Source: Microcoleus sp. (lineage in GTDB: Bacteria; Cyanobacteriota; Cyanobacteriia; Cyanobacteriales; Microcoleaceae). From it: 64,000 bases of DNA. Below, one piece after another: positions 30,761 through 43,230 of the stretch (position 1 is its first letter; each line of letters starts with the position of its first letter). The DNA lies in assembly GCA_052279835.1 (NCBI GenBank), contig CP181291.1:3008001-3072000 (forward strand). Reading direction: 5' to 3'. The translations under genes were made by a program, and so were the position numbers. The notes under the pieces are model-generated. The model saw only the letters and a program-made list of their open reading frames with translations, searched no databases and was not told the origin of the DNA.

Positions 30761-31596
30761 GTATTTTAAAGTTTCAAGTAATAGCCCAAACCTTCTATTC
30801 CCAACTAGATACAGAAAGAATTCAAGCCCTGCAAGTCGCCCAAGAACTTTCCAAAAAATTCATAGAATTGGGGTTTGATATTGTCCCTAAACTGCTGTGG
30901 GCTATTGGCATTTTGTTAATGACGCGATTTGCGATCGGGATTGCGGGGCGCGTGACTCGCCGAGCCCTGAGTCGCACTGAAGCCACGTTACGAAAATTTT
31001 TAGTCCAAGCTGCTGAAATTACGATTTTAGTAATCGGAGTCATCGCCACTTTGAGTCAGTTGGGGATTCAAACTACCAGTGTGGTTGCTGTGGTGGGTGC
31101 TGCTGGTTTGGCGATTGGTTTGGCTTGGCAAAATACTTTATCACACTTTGCTGCTGGGGTGATGTTGATTAGTTTACGTCCTTTTGAAGTGGGAGACGCC
31201 ATCGAAGGTGGGGATGTTAAAGGAGTTGTAGATGCGATCGGCATTTTTTCCACCACCTTAGTGACAGACGATCATGTCAAAATAATTGTACCCAACAATA
31301 AGTTATTTGATGGTACCCTGAAAAATACCACGGCAATGGGGACCAGGCGGGTGGACTTGAAGATTGATATTGGCGATCGCCCCATCCGTCCAACTGTAAC
31401 CGAGTTATTAGAAATTGTCCAATCTCATCCCCTAGTTTTGGACAATCCACCCCCTACTTGTTTGGTGGCTGAGATTACTCCCGATTCCACTATTTTGTCT
31501 CTGCGCCCTTGGTGCGCCTCTGTAGCTTACGAACAAGTGCGATCGCAAATTCAAGAACAAGTCAAAGAAGCCATGAAAGCCGACAAAAATCAATAA
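30757..31596 (+). CDS. mscS: Small-conductance mechanosensitive channel
   Basis: GIQTTSVVAVVGAAGLAIGLA, RPFEVGD, VPNNKL; ATGA overlap with alr. Confidence 0.9.
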   Translation: MSILKFQVIAQTFYSQLDTERIQALQVAQELSKKFIELGFDIVPKLLWAIGILLMTRFAIGIAGRVTRRALSRTEATLRKFLVQAAEITILVIGVIATLSQLGIQTTSVVAVVGAAGLAIGLAWQNTLSHFAAGVMLISLRPFEVGDAIEGGDVKGVVDAIGIFSTTLVTDDHVKIIVPNNKLFDGTLKNTTAMGTRRVDLKIDIGDRPIRPTVTELLEIVQSHPLVLDNPPPTCLVAEITPDSTILSLRPWCASVAYEQVRSQIQEQVKEAMKADKNQ

Positions 31597-31646
31597 TAAA
31601 TGTCAATCTCAAAACTCACATTTAACATCAATCCGAGGTATTTCCC

Positions 31647-32771
31647 ATGAACAAATGGTATCCCCAGCAAATTCTTCAAGAACCAGGTGTCAGGATTTCC
31701 CCCGCCGAAAAACAAAAAATTCTCAGCAAATTTCCGCCTCCCGACGACCAAGGTCAAATCTATGCCGACGGCATTTTTGAAGGTGGTGGCGTGCGAGGAA
31801 TTGCCTTTTTAGGAGCCCTCAGATGCTGCAACGATTTGGGTATCCGGTGGCGCAAATTAGCAGGTACATCTGCCGGTGCAATTACCGCAGCAGTGTTGGC
31901 CACAGACTTGTCAATCGATGACTTAGAAGAATTGCTAGGACAGCTTGATTATAGCATATTTCTCAGCCAAAAAAACAGCCCTCTAATTTTAAATGGCGAC
32001 CCAGCAGACGACTTGCAATCTCCTGTATGGACCTTACTTTTCCTAACAATTAGTCGCCAGATGGGAGAATACTCCTCCTTGCCTTTCCGACAGTGGCTGG
32101 AATCCACCCTAGCCAAAGGTGATTTACGAACTTTTGCGGATGTCAAACAACTGGTAAAAGACCGAGAACTAAAAGTAGTAATATCCAACCTCAGTCGCGG
32201 TGAAATGTTGGTAATTCCCGACGATTTACAGCGGAGAGACTCGGCGGATGCTGATGCTTTGTACGAACAGTTGCGACTCAAAAGTGCTGAAGATTTTAGC
32301 GTAGCTGAAGCCGTGCGCTTGTCCATGAGTATTCCGCTATTTTTTGAGCCAGGAAAGCTGGGGAATGACATCATTGTAGACGGAGGAATTTTGAGTAATT
32401 TCCCGCTATGGATTTATGACAAACAATCCGGTGCAACTCCCATACCGCCGCGCTGGTTTACCTTTGGGTTTCGATTAATTGATACTGGTATTGAGAATCA
32501 AGTTAATATTAAAAGTCCCGTGTCGATGTTGTCGGCGATGTTCACCACCATGATGAAAGCCAGAGACAGGTATCACCAGCGGGAGATGGATAAAGGTAGG
32601 GTAATTAATATTGACGTGACTGAAGCTGAGGTGACGGCGACTCACTTTAACCTGGATGGCGATCGCAAGGCTAAACTGTATCGGTTAGGATACTTATATA
32701 CTAAAAGATTTTTTCTCAGTTCCAATTTTAGTTGGGAAAAACACTTGAAGGCTAGGGGATTTGGAGATTAG
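31647..32771 (+). CDS. Patatin-like phospholipase
   Basis: FEGGGVRG, AGTSAG, SMSIPLFF, VDGGILSNFP. Confidence 0.92.
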   Translation: MNKWYPQQILQEPGVRISPAEKQKILSKFPPPDDQGQIYADGIFEGGGVRGIAFLGALRCCNDLGIRWRKLAGTSAGAITAAVLATDLSIDDLEELLGQLDYSIFLSQKNSPLILNGDPADDLQSPVWTLLFLTISRQMGEYSSLPFRQWLESTLAKGDLRTFADVKQLVKDRELKVVISNLSRGEMLVIPDDLQRRDSADADALYEQLRLKSAEDFSVAEAVRLSMSIPLFFEPGKLGNDIIVDGGILSNFPLWIYDKQSGATPIPPRWFTFGFRLIDTGIENQVNIKSPVSMLSAMFTTMMKARDRYHQREMDKGRVINIDVTEAEVTATHFNLDGDRKAKLYRLGYLYTKRFFLSSNFSWEKHLKARGFGD

Positions 32772-32800
32772 TCCTGTTTCTGTGAGCCATGGAAGCCATC

Positions 32801-32827
32801 AAAAAGGGCTGGTAAATACACCAGCCC
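32801..32827 (-). terminator. Intrinsic terminator downstream of apcE
   Basis: GGGCTGGT-aaatac-ACCAGCCC hairpin followed by TTTTT on the minus strand. Confidence 0.6.
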
Positions 32828-32886
32828 AGCCCCTAATTTGAGATGTTAAATTCAAGCTAATTTAACATCTCACATCTCAAATCAAT

Positions 32887-35662
<2,776 letters not shown>

Positions 35663-35972
35663 TAGACTCCTTCGCTCCCTATCTAAATCGTTACAGCGTT
35701 TGCTCAGACTAATTTTGCCTTTCCCTAGCTTAAGGTTCCGGCCTACTTACTTTCTCAGATTAAAATGTTTTGGGGTTCATCAACCCTAATTTGTTAAAAA
35801 GCCTGTCGAAACTTATTGTATAGATTTAATAGGGTCTATATGAGAAAAAATGATAAGTTTTATTACAAAAAAGAAGCCACCAGTAAACCCCCAGCCCGGT
35901 TGACTGAGCCTAGGAGTCCTGGTGTCCCTAAATGACTATACTTTACTTTGAATAAAAAAATTCCCTCACATT

Positions 35973-37193
35973 ATGGAAACTTCACCCGATATCAGTGCAG
36001 CCGTGCGTCGGCTTTACGATACATTCCCTTTTCCGCCCGATCCTTTGAGTGATGAACCACCGCCCGGGTACAACTGGCGCTGGAGTTGGCCGGATGCTTA
36101 CAATTTTTGCACCGGCCAAAAGCCGCCAAAACTCGATATTCGGATTTTGGATGCTGGGTGCGGCACCGGTTCTAGTACCGATTATCTGATTCACCTAAAT
36201 CCTGAAGCGTCGGTAACGGCGATCGACCTGAGTTCCGGTGCCTTGAAGGTAGCACAAGAACGCTGTCGGCGATCTGGTGCGCGAGAAGCAGATTTTCGCC
36301 ACCTCAGCATTTATGATGCCGATAGACTCGAAGGCGAGTTCGATTTGATCAACTGCGTGGGCGTGCTGCACCACTTGCCCGATCCGATTCGCGGCATTCA
36401 AGCTTTGGCGGCGAAGTTAGCTCCTGGTGGTTTGATGCACATTTTTGTGTATGCTGAATTAGGCCGCTGGGAAATTCAATTAATGCAAAAGGCGATCGGG
36501 CTTCTTCAAGGCAGCCAAAAAGGCGACTATCCCGATGGCGTCAAAGTCGGCCGTCAAATCTTTGCTTCCCTACCAGAAAACAACCGCCTTGTCAAGTACG
36601 AAAAACAGCGTTGGGCCGGAGAAAATCAGCGAGACGAATGTTTTGCCGATATGTACGTTCACCCCCAGGAAATTGACTACAACATAGACACATTGTTTGA
36701 GTTGATCGACGCTTCGGGATTGGAATTTATCGGTTTTTCTAATCCGGGATATTGGCAATTAGAGCGACTTTTGGCTAAAGCACCGGAATTGATGGAAAGA
36801 GCTCAGGGTTTGACGGAACGGGAGCTTTATCGATTAATTGAATTGTTGGATACAGAAATCACTCATTACGAGTTTTTCTTGGGCAAAAAGCCTGTTAATA
36901 AGATTGATTGGTCGGACGACAAGGCACTTTTGGCGGCAATTCCAGAGTTGAGTGTTTGTATGCACGGTTGGCCGAGTCAACAAGTGTTTGATTGCAACTA
37001 CCAATTGGTGAATTTGTCAAGGGCTGAGTTTGAGTTTTTGCAAGGTTGTGTACCCCCCCCAGCCCCCCCTTGGCAAGGGGGGGAGAAAGAGATACAGAAG
37101 AATGTTGGGGAGATTTTGGCGGATGTAGAGATGGGATTGGATGAAGTGCGATCGATCTTATCAAAACAGCTCATATTGCTGACACCAAGATAA
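35973..37193 (+). CDS. Class I SAM-dependent methyltransferase
   Basis: ILDAGCGTG, AIDLS, FDLINCVGVLHHL, LAPGG. Confidence 0.88.
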   Translation: METSPDISAAVRRLYDTFPFPPDPLSDEPPPGYNWRWSWPDAYNFCTGQKPPKLDIRILDAGCGTGSSTDYLIHLNPEASVTAIDLSSGALKVAQERCRRSGAREADFRHLSIYDADRLEGEFDLINCVGVLHHLPDPIRGIQALAAKLAPGGLMHIFVYAELGRWEIQLMQKAIGLLQGSQKGDYPDGVKVGRQIFASLPENNRLVKYEKQRWAGENQRDECFADMYVHPQEIDYNIDTLFELIDASGLEFIGFSNPGYWQLERLLAKAPELMERAQGLTERELYRLIELLDTEITHYEFFLGKKPVNKIDWSDDKALLAAIPELSVCMHGWPSQQVFDCNYQLVNLSRAEFEFLQGCVPPPAPPWQGGEKEIQKNVGEILADVEMGLDEVRSILSKQLILLTPR

Positions 37194-37375
37194 TTCGGCG
37201 GTTGAAACCGCTTCTTGTCAAACAAAGTCGGCCTCCGCCGACTGAAGATTCGTAGGGTGCGTCAGTTGGCGTTATTTTTGCTAAAATCGAGAATCTACGA
37301 ACTGACGCACCTTACAAGTTTCAGTTACTGACTCCCGGTAAAATCCAAAATCTAAAATCTAAAATCCAAAATCGA

Positions 37376-38119
37376 ATGACTTTTCAATTTCCAACCGCAG
37401 TCAAAGAACGTCTTCAGGCATCGCCATCACAGATAGCCGACTTTTGCCAGCGCTGGAATATTATTGAATTAGCATTATTCGGTTCAATCCTGCGAGATGA
37501 TTTTCGTCCCGATAGTGATATAGACATTCTAGCCAGCTTTGCCCCCAACACTTCCTGGAATCTTTTCGACTTTATCCAAATGCAAGAACAGTTAGAAAGT
37601 ATGTTGGGGCGTGACATAGATTTAACTCAGAAACAACAAATAAATAACCCTTTTAGTCGAAAAGAAATTCTGCGGACTTGTCACATCATCTACTCTGAAA
37701 AGCGCACTATTTCCAGTTTATACTTTTCAATTAAACCAGCCAATATAACTATGCAAGCAGACAATAGAAATCAGGCTGCGCTCTGGGATATGATAGAAGC
37801 AATTAAGCAAATAATGGAGTTTACCGCTAGCTTGTCCTGTGCAGAATACCGAGTAAATAGGATGGTGCAGCGGGCTGTTGAAAGAGAGTTTGAAATTCTC
37901 GGCGAGGCTGCTAGGAGAATTTCGGAGGAATTCCGTCAAGCTAATGCTGATATTGATTGGCGCAATATTATTAATTTGCGGAATATCATTGCTCATCGGT
38001 ACGATCGCGTGGAGCCAGACACTCTCTGGAATATCATTGTCACAGTGCTGCCCGGTTTGCTAAGCCAGTTAGAGTTGCTGCTGCCACCGCTTCCCCCAGA
38101 TGTGGAATTAGCTGATTGA
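37376..38119 (+). CDS. Fused minimal nucleotidyltransferase (MntA-like) + HEPN/DUF86 (HepT-like) protein
   Basis: LFGSILRDDFRPDSDIDIL; AVEREFEILGEAARRIS, RNIIAHRY (Rx4HxY); single frame with internal ATG at 37751. Confidence 0.85.
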   Translation: MTFQFPTAVKERLQASPSQIADFCQRWNIIELALFGSILRDDFRPDSDIDILASFAPNTSWNLFDFIQMQEQLESMLGRDIDLTQKQQINNPFSRKEILRTCHIIYSEKRTISSLYFSIKPANITMQADNRNQAALWDMIEAIKQIMEFTASLSCAEYRVNRMVQRAVEREFEILGEAARRISEEFRQANADIDWRNIINLRNIIAHRYDRVEPDTLWNIIVTVLPGLLSQLELLLPPLPPDVELAD

Positions 38120-38136
38120 AATTGCTCGTGCTCGTG

Positions 38137-38257
38137 TGCTCGTTCCCAGGCTCCAGCCTGGGAACGCATTCCATGAGGCTCTGCCTCATGTTTTTGTCCG
38201 CTAGCGAGGCAGAGCCTCTGGATCTCGGTTCCCAGGCTAAGGCCTGGGAACCAGTTA
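38137..38257. repeat. MITE-like palindromic repeat (GAGGCAGAGCCTC / GTTCCCAGGC family)
   Basis: Near-identical copy at 43231-43357, related copies at ~46348-46547. Confidence 0.85.
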
Positions 38258-38269
38258 CTCCGTCGAAGT

Positions 38270-38475
38270 ATCCCAAATGGATTGACACAGGCCCCCAAAT
38301 GTGGATACGCTTTGAAATTAGAGGTTGCTTTGCTTGTAAAGGAAGTAGCCCGCGTCCCCTCCGCTTCGCTCCGCCCAAAAATCTAGTTGCACTCCCTCCG
38401 CTTCGCTTCGCCCATTGCTGCTGGTAACAGCAATAGACAGCTCACCCCCAAACTGGGACAAGCAGTCTGGAGGCT
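38270..38475 (+). promoter_or_regulatory. Truncated copy of the promoter + structured leader found at 42703-42982
   Basis: TTGACA 38282, TACGCT 18 nt later; colinear with 42703-42877 apart from two 16-nt insertions and point changes. Confidence 0.65.
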
Positions 38476-38480
38476 AACGC

Positions 38481-38985
38481 AGAGCGAAACCCGATTTCGG
38501 CTGACGCACGGGTGGCCAGAAACCGGGTTTTTTTGATAATTGTTGGTTGTGATTCATAGATTCGGGCAAAAACCCGGTTTCTTGAATTACGCGCGATCGT
38601 AAAAACCGGATTTTTACGATAATTCATTGATGATAATTGAATTAGATTTACCAGTCGGTTTCAACCGACTTTTGCTATGAGACGGGGAATTGATTCCCCG
38701 GCGGTGTTGTGGGTAATGCACAGACTTTTGAATGCGAAAGATTTTGGGTAAGTTCGATAGTTGAATCCCCAAAAAATGTGGGTAAGCCCGACAGTCCGCC
38801 AGGGGTTAAAACCCCCGTCTCATAGCGAAAGTCGGTTGAAACCGACTGATGAGTTGTTTGGTTTTGGGTGCTCCTTTGCATCGAGCGAAACCCGATTTCG
38901 GCTGACGCACGGGTGGCCAGAAACCGGGTTTTTTCGATAATTCTTGGTTGTGATGCGTAGATGCGGCCAAAAACCCGGTTTCTTT
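38481..38985. repeat. Cluster of dispersed palindromic repeats
   Basis: ~100-bp direct duplication (GAGCGAAACCCGATTTCGGCTGACGCACGGGTGGCCAGAAACCGGG...AAAAACCCGGTTTCT) flanking an AGTCGGTTTCAACCGACT-type inverted element. Confidence 0.8.
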
Positions 38986-39076
38986 GTCGGAGTGCATAAA
39001 TCCTGTGAACTTTTGGTGTAAGTTAACTCGACACATCCTCCTCCTGAGTGTCGCGTCTTTACTAATTGCGATCGGG

Positions 39077-42013
39077 CTAACTGCTGACAGTATCCTCACC
39101 CAAATTATTGATAGATTCTTGCAGCGAATCACGGTTATCGCGAACCGAATTATCATTAGGAGCAATGACTAAATATTGATTAAATATTTCCAGAGCCTCG
39201 TGCCAATTCTTGAGTGCTTCCTGTTTCTCAGATAATTTTGATTGCAAATTACCGAGACATTGCAGCGCAATCCCTTTGTTATTGAGAGGATTGAGAGAAT
39301 CTGGTGCAATAAGTAAAGCAGAATTATAGGCTGCGATCGCCTCTGAATAAGATAGTTTTGCAGCCTCAAATTGACTTAGCCGTGCTTGCAAATCACCCAA
39401 ATATCGCAGCGCATTCCCTTTGTTGTTGAGAGCAGCGATAGAATCTGGTGCAATAAGTAAAGCAGAATTAAAGGCTGCACTCGCCTCTGAATAAGATAGT
39501 TTTGCCACCTCAAATTCACTTAGCCCTGCTTGCAAATCACCCAGGCTTCGCAGCGCACTCCCTTTGTTGTTGAGAACACGGATATCATCTGGTGCAATAA
39601 GTAAAGCAGAATTAAAAGCTGCGATCGCCTCTGAGTAAGATTGTTTTGCCTCTTCAAATTCACTTAGCTGTGCTTGCAAATCACCCAGACATCGCAGCGC
39701 AATCCCTTTGTTGTTGATAGCCATGAGATAATCCGGTGCAATTCGTAAAGCAGAATTGCAGGAATCGATCGCCTCTGAGTAAGACTGTTTTGCTGCTTTA
39801 AATTCACTTAGCCGTGCTTGCAAATCACCCAGACTTTGCAGCGCACTCCCTTTGTTGTTGAGAACACGGATATCATCTGGTGCAATAAGTAAAGCAGAAT
39901 TCAAGGCACTTATCGCCTCTGAATAAGACTGTTTTGCTGCTTTAAATTCACTTAGCCGTGCTTGCAAATCACCCAGACTTTGCAGCGCATTCCCTTTGTT
40001 GTTGGGAGCAGCGATAGAATCTGGTGCAATAAGTAAAGCAGAATTCAAGGCACTTATCGCCTCTGAGTAAGATTGTTTTGCCTCTTCAAATTCACTTAGA
40101 TTTACCTGTAAATTACCCAGACATTTCAGCGCAATCCCTTTGTTGTTGATCGGAACTTCATTATTATCAGGAGTTAGGACAAGTTCCCGATTGTAAGCTG
40201 CAACTGCCTCGAAATATTCCTGTTTGGCCTCTACATATCGAGCCAACCGAGCATAGTAATCTCCTTCAGATAGCGAAATCTCACCCACCCAAAAGTCACT
40301 TTTAATCCACAACTCATCTCTCACTCCCAGCAGCAACTCGCATTCCCCGTAACGACTCAGCCGCAAAGCTTCATTAAACACCTCTTCCCATTCCTCCACA
40401 CCCCGCTCCCAATCCAAGCGATTAGCATGAAAAATTGCCTCAGCCGCATCCCCCAATTCCCGATAATGCCCCTCCAAAACCTCATGCGCCCTGCGAGTTT
40501 TCGGATTATCCCTTTCCGCATCCAAGCGCCGCAATAAATCATGAATCCGATACCAATTATCCCCCCGCTTCTCCGATTTCCACACAAAGGAAAAACCCGT
40601 CAAAATCTCAAAATTTGCACTACTTGCCTGGAAGTGACAACCCCCTCCCAATTTCACATACAAATCCTGATCAAAAGCGCGGCAAGCACTCAGCGAATGC
40701 ACCGCCGATCGCACTTCGCGATCCACATACAAAAGCAACCGATCCGTTAACTCCGCAGTCTTATTTTCCAACTTCGGAATCCGCGCAAAATCCGACGCCA
40801 GCAACTCAATTCCCCGCCTTCTTTCTGCCAGCACCACATCCGCGCACAAACCCAAATAAAACGGATGTACCTGCAAATTCTCCCAACTCTCATCAGGATT
40901 GACGCTGGCATATTTAATCACAGCATCTGCCAAATCAGCTTTGTCAATCTCCACTTTGTGCAAGTAATCCCTAGCATCTGCGGGAGACAAATGCCACACC
41001 AATTGTTTATCTATATAATCTTCGGGAATCGGAAACTTCGCCGCATTCTGCCACCGCAGTTGTGTGACTGGACACTCTCGCCCCGCCACAGCAACCACAA
41101 TTCCCAATTTGTAATCCAATGCCCTCAACAACCGCCGAAACCACTCATCTTGATACCAAAAAGTTGCGCCTTGAGAATTGCGTTTTTCATCCCACATTTT
41201 CTCGTGAGTATCGAACAGCATCACGAGGCGATCTGGTTTATTTCTGCCAGCCATTGCCGCATTCAAATCCCCGGCAAACAATTTTGGCAAACAGTCGATT
41301 AATTCAGTATCAATATCTTTGCGGCGAATCTCATCCGCCTTTTCATCGCTGACACCCAACCTCGTTTGAATTAATTTCATCGTCCGCTTAATGCCGCCGA
41401 ATTTATCGATTAATTTCAGTCCCGCCGCTACTTGTGACACCACGGGAAATCCGGCAAAGGTTTCAACTACAGGTGTCAAAAAATCAATCAAATCGTTGGG
41501 AAAAAGTTGGTTGAGAGTTGCGTCTGACTCGCCTTTGTTCAGCAAATACCAAAAGCACGCAAAGTCATAATTAGGAAAATTAAATTTATATTTCTTTGCT
41601 GCTTCTGCGATATTTCGCCGCAACATCAGCAAGCCGTAAAATCTATCTTGGGGTTTATCTTCTTTGATGGGAATCAATCCGAAATCGTGTCTGACTGCGG
41701 GGATGGGAGTATAGGTTTTCGGTGCGGCATTGCGGACAAAATTAGCAACTTCGGCGGCTCTTGATTCTGGGAGTGCGCGCCATTGTTGCCAAACTTGAGG
41801 GGAAAATCTTTTGCAGCAGTGATATTCCAAGTGTTTTAGGAGCAATGACTTGCCGTTGCCTCCATCCCCGAAAAAATACAAAATTTGTTCGCGGGGCGGG
41901 TCTTCGTTTAAGTAAGAGGCAAATCGTTGGGTAAATTCGTGTCTGTCTGTGAAGAGTTGCAGTTTGCGATCGTCGCTGATTTCGGTTTGAAAATCTTCGT
42001 CATCAATTGGCAT
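39077..42013 (-). CDS. P-loop NTPase (STAND-like) with C-terminal TPR array
   Basis: FTDRHEF, Walker A GDGGNGKS, LVMLFDTHE, AGRE, HPFYLGL; seven ~48-aa NNKG.AL..LG repeats. Confidence 0.88.
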   Translation of the reverse strand: MPIDDEDFQTEISDDRKLQLFTDRHEFTQRFASYLNEDPPREQILYFFGDGGNGKSLLLKHLEYHCCKRFSPQVWQQWRALPESRAAEVANFVRNAAPKTYTPIPAVRHDFGLIPIKEDKPQDRFYGLLMLRRNIAEAAKKYKFNFPNYDFACFWYLLNKGESDATLNQLFPNDLIDFLTPVVETFAGFPVVSQVAAGLKLIDKFGGIKRTMKLIQTRLGVSDEKADEIRRKDIDTELIDCLPKLFAGDLNAAMAGRNKPDRLVMLFDTHEKMWDEKRNSQGATFWYQDEWFRRLLRALDYKLGIVVAVAGRECPVTQLRWQNAAKFPIPEDYIDKQLVWHLSPADARDYLHKVEIDKADLADAVIKYASVNPDESWENLQVHPFYLGLCADVVLAERRRGIELLASDFARIPKLENKTAELTDRLLLYVDREVRSAVHSLSACRAFDQDLYVKLGGGCHFQASSANFEILTGFSFVWKSEKRGDNWYRIHDLLRRLDAERDNPKTRRAHEVLEGHYRELGDAAEAIFHANRLDWERGVEEWEEVFNEALRLSRYGECELLLGVRDELWIKSDFWVGEISLSEGDYYARLARYVEAKQEYFEAVAAYNRELVLTPDNNEVPINNKGIALKCLGNLQVNLSEFEEAKQSYSEAISALNSALLIAPDSIAAPNNKGNALQSLGDLQARLSEFKAAKQSYSEAISALNSALLIAPDDIRVLNNKGSALQSLGDLQARLSEFKAAKQSYSEAIDSCNSALRIAPDYLMAINNKGIALRCLGDLQAQLSEFEEAKQSYSEAIAAFNSALLIAPDDIRVLNNKGSALRSLGDLQAGLSEFEVAKLSYSEASAAFNSALLIAPDSIAALNNKGNALRYLGDLQARLSQFEAAKLSYSEAIAAYNSALLIAPDSLNPLNNKGIALQCLGNLQSKLSEKQEALKNWHEALEIFNQYLVIAPNDNSVRDNRDSLQESINNLGEDTVSS

Positions 42014-42226
42014 AATTGTTATTGTTTGGGGGAATTTTATGTTAAGCTGGAGTTGATTTTTATATTAATTTAATGGGTCGTTGCACATATTCCGATCCCC
42101 CTAAATCCCCCTTCATAAGGGGGACTTTGAATGCGCTCTTGTCCCCCCTTACTAAAGGGGGTGAGGGGGGATAAAATTCGGGAGCAGCCTTACAAAAAAT
42201 TGGTATTATCTCTATAGTGTAACAAA

Positions 42227-42554
42227 TATAGCGTATTCCAATTTTGTAGGAAAACGGCACAGTCCATTGGTGTCAACTTAAGGTACAACCGATAGTCCGC
42301 CGTTCATTTCAACCCCCGTCTCAAAGCGAAAGTCCTCTCAAAGAGGACTGAAGAGAAGAATTTTCAACTCATTAGTCCTCATAGCGAGGACTTTTGCTAT
42401 TAGACAGGGGTTTCAACCCCTGTCGGACTCGTGAACCCACTAACGGACTTGGCGGGCTGACAGCTTAAGTTGACACTCCTTGGGCACTGCGCTTTCCTGA
42501 AAGGCTAGTGGCGATCGATCGCACGTATCCTTCATTAATCTCGAATCTGCTATA
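42227..42554. mobile_element. Nested MITE-like elements
   Basis: Outer IR TATAGCGTATTC / GAATCTGCTATA; inner perfect IR GTGTCAACTTAAG 42270 / CTTAAGTTGACAC 42464-76 enclosing AGTCCTC..GAGGACT palindromes. Confidence 0.7.
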
Positions 42555-42702
42555 AATTATGGCTCTAGGGTTGAAAAAGAGCGATTGGTGGTTGAGGTTG
42601 TTAGTCCCCTGGGAGAATTGGGCGCGATCGCGATTACATTAGCAAACGAGCCCAATATGCAGCGCGCAGCATCCCTATTGCATAATTTTCACTCCCGGTA
42701 AA

Positions 42703-42982
42703 ATCCCAAATGGATTGACACAGGCCCCCAAATGCGGCTACGCTTTGAAGTTAGAGGTTGCTTTGCTTGTAGAGGAAGCAGCCCGCGTCGCCCAAAAATC
42801 TAGTTGCACTGCCCAAAGCTGTTGGTAGCAGCAATGGACAGCATAACCGCCAAACTGGTATCAGCAGTCTGGAGGCTCCGAGAATCTTAACATTCTCTGT
42901 AGCCGCCCTGCTATGTCTTGAAATGCGGGGCGGCTGGGTTTTTGGGTTTTTCTAGAAAACCCAAAATCAGGAGAACATAATT
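42703..42982 (+). promoter_or_regulatory. Promoter and long multi-hairpin leader (candidate cis-regulatory RNA)
   Basis: TTGACA 42715-20, TACGCT 42739-44; several stems; GC hairpin 42901-42935 followed by a T run; AGGAG RBS. Confidence 0.6.
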
Positions 42983-43225
42983 ATGTCACAGGAATGCTTG
43001 CCTGACGACAACAAATTCGATCGTCCAAATGACGACTCAGCAACATCCGAACAAGATGTGGTGTGTGTAACAGTCACAGGTTCGCCCAAGGCTGTCAGGG
43101 AAACTATACTCACCTTGTACCGCCTGGGATTTGCGGAAGTGGGCGATTGGAGTCCCCTACAACGTGCAGCTAATCCGAACCAAGTGATGAGTGTGCTGAT
43201 TCGCCGTCGGAAGCGCAAAGCGTAG
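42983..43225 (+). CDS. Small hypothetical protein (GSPxAV..TI..L..LG.AEV..WSPL type)
   Basis: AGGAG RBS; resembles from memory a widespread uncharacterised cyanobacterial small-protein family. Confidence 0.75.
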   Translation: MSQECLPDDNKFDRPNDDSATSEQDVVCVTVTGSPKAVRETILTLYRLGFAEVGDWSPLQRAANPNQVMSVLIRRRKRKA

Positions 43226-43230
43226 GTGTT

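Noticed and set aside
37993..39172. ORFs across 38-39 kb, also 43170-43367, 46480-46740 and 51776-52031
   Set aside because: Translations of palindromic repeats, not plausible genes
39180..40190. Diversity-generating retroelement target
   Set aside because: No reverse transcriptase or template repeat in the window; variation is not adenine-restricted
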